32,000 bases of DNA from the NCBI RefSeq assembly GCF_000829235.1, contig NZ_AP012549.1, positions 420,001 through 452,000 of the forward strand, in the 5' to 3' direction. Of this stretch, positions 29,443-32,000 are shown one piece after another. This stretch comes from a cyanobacterium endosymbiont of Epithemia turgida isolate EtSB Lake Yunoko (GTDB taxonomy: Bacteria > Cyanobacteriota > Cyanobacteriia > Cyanobacteriales > Microcystaceae). The notes beneath the pieces are model-generated. The model ran no database searches. It saw only the letters and a program-made list of their open reading frames with translations, and was not told where the DNA came from. Position 1 is the stretch's first letter. The number at the start of each line of letters is the position of its first letter. The position numbers and the translations under genes are program-made.

Positions 29443-30378
29443 ATGAATATTATGACTACTAGTAAAACTAAGACAGAGCTGTGGATTAATGAAAATATTA
29501 CCCCTTGGGACATTTATAGTCATGGAATTAAAGAAATTTTAGTTTATAAAAAAACTCCATATCAGGAGATGTATATTGTTGAAAGTGAGTCCTATGGTAA
29601 AGCATTAATTTTAGACGGAAAATGGCAATCCTGTGTAGGAGATGAATTTATTTATCATGAAAGTTTAGTACAACCAGCAATGATTACCCATCAATTTGTA
29701 AAAAAAGCCCTCATTTTAGGTGGTGGAGAAGGGGCGACTATTCGGGAGATTTTACGGTGGAAATCTATTGAAAAAGTGACGATGATTGACATTGATGGAG
29801 AAGTAGTAGCTGCTTGTCAAAAACATCTACTTGAAATGCACCAAAACTGTTTTGATGATCCACGAGTGGAATTAATTATCGATGATGCTCTAAAAATTTT
29901 AGATAAAATCTCCGGAAAATGGGATATTATCATCTCAGATTTATCTGATCCCATTGAAGAAGGTCCGTCATTCCCATTATTTACCAAGGAATATTTCGCT
30001 AAACTACAGAAAGTATTATCTCCCCAGGGTTTAGTGATTATTCAGAGTGGTCAAGTTTCTCCTCCATTTATTAAATATCACGCCCGTTTAGTGAATACTC
30101 TAAAAGCTGTTTTTCCTCAAGTTAATTCTTATTGTGCTCCCACTCCTACCTATGGTTCTCCTTGGGGTTTTGCTATCTGTGGAAATCAAGTTTTAAACAC
30201 TTTCCCTGACCCAGGTTTTGTTGATGATTTATTGGCGACACAAACGACAGGAGGATTACGTTTAATTGATGGACAAACTTTATTAGGAATGTTGCAAACT
30301 CCTCTTTATATTCGAGACGCAATTTCAAAATGCACGGATGTTTATACTTTTGATAAACCACCAAAATTTTTTAGTTAA
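29443..30378 (+). CDS. speE: spermidine synthase / polyamine aminopropyltransferase
   Basis: 311-aa ORF with YQEMYIVES..YGKALILDG, LILGGGEGATIREILRW, MIDIDGEVV and IISDLSDP, the classical SpeE motifs. An alternative start is possible at 29452. Confidence 0.9.
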   Translation: MNIMTTSKTKTELWINENITPWDIYSHGIKEILVYKKTPYQEMYIVESESYGKALILDGKWQSCVGDEFIYHESLVQPAMITHQFVKKALILGGGEGATIREILRWKSIEKVTMIDIDGEVVAACQKHLLEMHQNCFDDPRVELIIDDALKILDKISGKWDIIISDLSDPIEEGPSFPLFTKEYFAKLQKVLSPQGLVIIQSGQVSPPFIKYHARLVNTLKAVFPQVNSYCAPTPTYGSPWGFAICGNQVLNTFPDPGFVDDLLATQTTGGLRLIDGQTLLGMLQTPLYIRDAISKCTDVYTFDKPPKFFS

Positions 30379-30559
30379 TTATCCTGAAGTTAACTTTTGA
30401 TACTAGTATACCTTTGAGTTCAAATTAAATTGTTATTTAGATCTAATAAAATTAGATTGTTATTTTCTCAATTTAATTTTTTTTAAAATTGTGTTTTGCT
30501 CTTCTTCATTATCTTCAGTTTAATTAAATTCAAGTTTAACGATAGATATCTATGTATAG

Positions 30560-30870
30560 TTATCGACTGTAATTATATACCCTAGGTGTAACCATCCAAC
30601 CATTATAGCTATAAGTATTATAATTACCTATAATAACTGTGGTTAATATGTCAATAGTAAAATTGAACATTTCTCCAAGGGAAGTTAAGGTTATCTTCTC
30701 GTCTGGACGATAAGCAGAAAGAACTAAAGCTAGCAGAGTTTTAGGATTACGGTATTTCAAAAAAATTTATTGTCTATAAATAATTTATTGAGTTCTTGTT
30801 CATGATCGTGGGTTATAAATAACCGTTATAAAATCCGCCTTTTAGGAGAAAAAGGTTTAAACGGAGATAT
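30560..30870 (-). pseudogene. precorrin-3B C17-methyltransferase (CobJ/CbiH)-like relic, C-terminal part only
   Basis: The minus-strand ORF 30760-30560 reads ...SAYRPDEKITLTSLGEMFNFTIDILTTVIIGNYNTYSYNGWMVTPRVY, matching the CobJ/CbiH C-terminus (..E.IT.TTL.E.....IDMLTTVIIGNS.T......M.TPRGY). Upstream, 30842-30801 reads KADFITVIYNPRS* (cf. DFV..LYNPRS). The N-terminal ~130 codons have no room before the arnE-like gene, so the relic is truncated. Confidence 0.65.
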
Positions 30871-30880
30871 CATACGTAAG

Positions 30881-30923
30881 TTAACCGCTTAATAGTGAAT
30901 AACTATTAAGCGGTTAATTTTTT
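30881..30923 (+). terminator. Intrinsic-terminator-like hairpin (16-bp perfect stem, 5-nt loop, T6 tail)
   Basis: TTAACCGCTTAATAGT (30881-30896) is the exact reverse complement of ACTATTAAGCGGTTAA (30902-30917), followed by TTTTTT (30918-30923). It is 500 bp downstream of speE and 70 bp upstream of the next + strand gene. Confidence 0.55.
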
Positions 30924-30993
30924 AGTTTCGTTGTAATTTTGTATATACTGTATACTGACTTAAATTATATAGAATCCAGATGGAACCGCTGTT

Positions 30994-31362
30994 GTGACTT
31001 ATAAGGAATTGTACCTGTTGTTATTTGCGGTGCTAACTAGTACCATGGGGCAGTTATTGTTAAAACTCGGGGCAACTAAGCTAGGTAAAGTAAACGCAGA
31101 TAACGCGGTTAGTCATATTTTGAATATCCTCATGACTCCAGAATTATTGGCGGGATTATCTTGCTATGGGTTAGGAGCGATAGCCTATATTCTCTTATTG
31201 ACTCGTGTTCAACTGAGTATCGCTGGTCCTTCTGCGGCGTTAATTTATGTTTTTTCGGTTTTAATTGGCTATTTTTTCTTCCAAGAGTCAATCCCTGTAT
31301 ATCGTGCTTGTGGGTTAGGATTTATTATTTGTGGGGTTATTTTAGTTATTTGGAAAGCTTAA
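30994..31362 (+). CDS. small EamA/ArnE-like (DMT superfamily) membrane protein
   Basis: 122-aa ORF with a GTG start and four predicted TM helices. The MGQLLLKLG...LSIAGP...GFIICGVILVI pattern resembles single-EamA-domain/ArnE-like small transporters. Confidence 0.65.
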   Translation: MTYKELYLLLFAVLTSTMGQLLLKLGATKLGKVNADNAVSHILNILMTPELLAGLSCYGLGAIAYILLLTRVQLSIAGPSAALIYVFSVLIGYFFFQESIPVYRACGLGFIICGVILVIWKA

Positions 31363-31459
31363 GACTAATCTCCATGTTACTTTAAACTATTAAGTGAGTT
31401 ATTTATGAGGCTTAACTGCTTTTTTTTCCTTTGGACTTATGATTTTTAAAATTATCCCC

Positions 31460-31489
31460 TTGTGCAATCAATAGAAGTTATGCTATGAT
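31460..31489 (+). promoter_or_regulatory. Candidate sigma70-type promoter for tRNA-Arg
   Basis: TTGTGC (31460-31465), an 18-nt spacer, then TATGAT (31484-31489), 19 nt before the mature tRNA 5' end. Pattern match only. Confidence 0.25.
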
Positions 31490-31508
31490 AAGCTGTTGAG
31501 AAAGACAT

Positions 31509-31582
31509 GGGACTGTAGCTTAGTGGATTAGAGCGCGTGGCTACGAACCACGAGGTCGGGGGTTCAAGTCCCTCCAGTCCCG
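31509..31582 (+). tRNA. tRNA-Arg (anticodon ACG)
   Basis: Manual cloverleaf. Acceptor GGGACTG/CAGTCCC, D arm GCTT-AGTGGATTA-GAGC, anticodon arm CGTGG-CTACGAA-CCACG (anticodon ACG), variable AGGTC, T arm GGGGG-TTCAAGT-CCCTC, discriminator G. 74 nt; CCA is not encoded. Confidence 0.93.
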
Positions 31583-32000
31583 TACTCATTAAAAGTTAGT
31601 AAAGTTAAGATTAATTGTTCTTCCAGATTCAGTGTTTTTTTACGACCGACCCATTTTAAGTATTTTTAGTATGGAAGAGCTAAATTGACAAATATAATCA
31701 ACTTTTCTAAGTAAATTGATTGTGTAAGTGGAGTTTGAACTATTTATGGGGTTAGTCAAAATTTACCGAAGATAGGGACTGTGAAGGATGAAATAAACTC
31801 CTTTAGATTTTGGTCAGAACAACTGATTTATATTTGTGGCTCCTGCAAACTTGTTGTTAGTCAAAACTGAATCCATAGAAACTTGTTTATCTGTTATTCA
31901 ATAGGGTAAAAAGAGTGATATTCTAATCTACCTGACCGATCTAAAATAATGAGGAATAATCCTCCCAGAAACTAGTAAAGGCAACCAACCCTCAAGCTTA

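Noticed and set aside
1-32000. Alternative genetic code (e.g. UGA=Trp) as an explanation for the lack of ORFs in spacers
   Set aside because: All conserved genes are full-length under the standard code. The relics are interrupted by TAA and TAG as well as TGA, plus frameshifts.

Overview
This 32-kb window looks like a cyanobacterial chromosome undergoing reductive evolution. The intact proteins are typical of unicellular Cyanothece/Crocosphaera/Rippkaea-type cyanobacteria: an lptA-lptB-lptF/G cluster, a TolC/HgdD-like outer-membrane protein, an HpnA-like epimerase, and HIP1 octamers (GCGATCGC) inside genes. By my tally only about half the window (~16.4 kb) is intact: 17 CDS, including a murF fragment at the left edge and one doubtful small ORF, plus one tRNA-Arg(ACG). 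The rest is very AT-rich, ORF-poor spacer in blocks of 0.4-2.3 kb. In it I could read relics of dead genes by eye: gamma-glutamyltranspeptidase, an AGCS alanine:cation symporter, an alpha/beta hydrolase, a CobJ/CbiH-type precorrin methyltransferase, a degenerate second copy of the 3' end of the ClC gene, and possibly a pilin. This fits an obligate endosymbiont of the diatom spheroid-body type, but that is inference and I cannot verify it without a database search. I found no CRISPR array, transposase, integrase, prophage or recognisable defence/toxin locus, and no convincing novel multi-gene system. Four things stand out. (1) An intact 880-aa ClC-CBS-USP fusion has all three canonical anion-coordinating/gating residues substituted (Ser->Gly, Glu->Arg, Tyr->Phe). 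(2) A ~91-nt direct repeat (74% identical, ungapped) brackets the clc-nadK segment. (3) Several long perfect inverted repeats (15-26 bp stems) sit orphaned in gene-free spacers. (4) The relics decay unevenly: the GGT relic holds one frame despite in-frame stops, and the ClC-tail copy retains an 89%-identical core.
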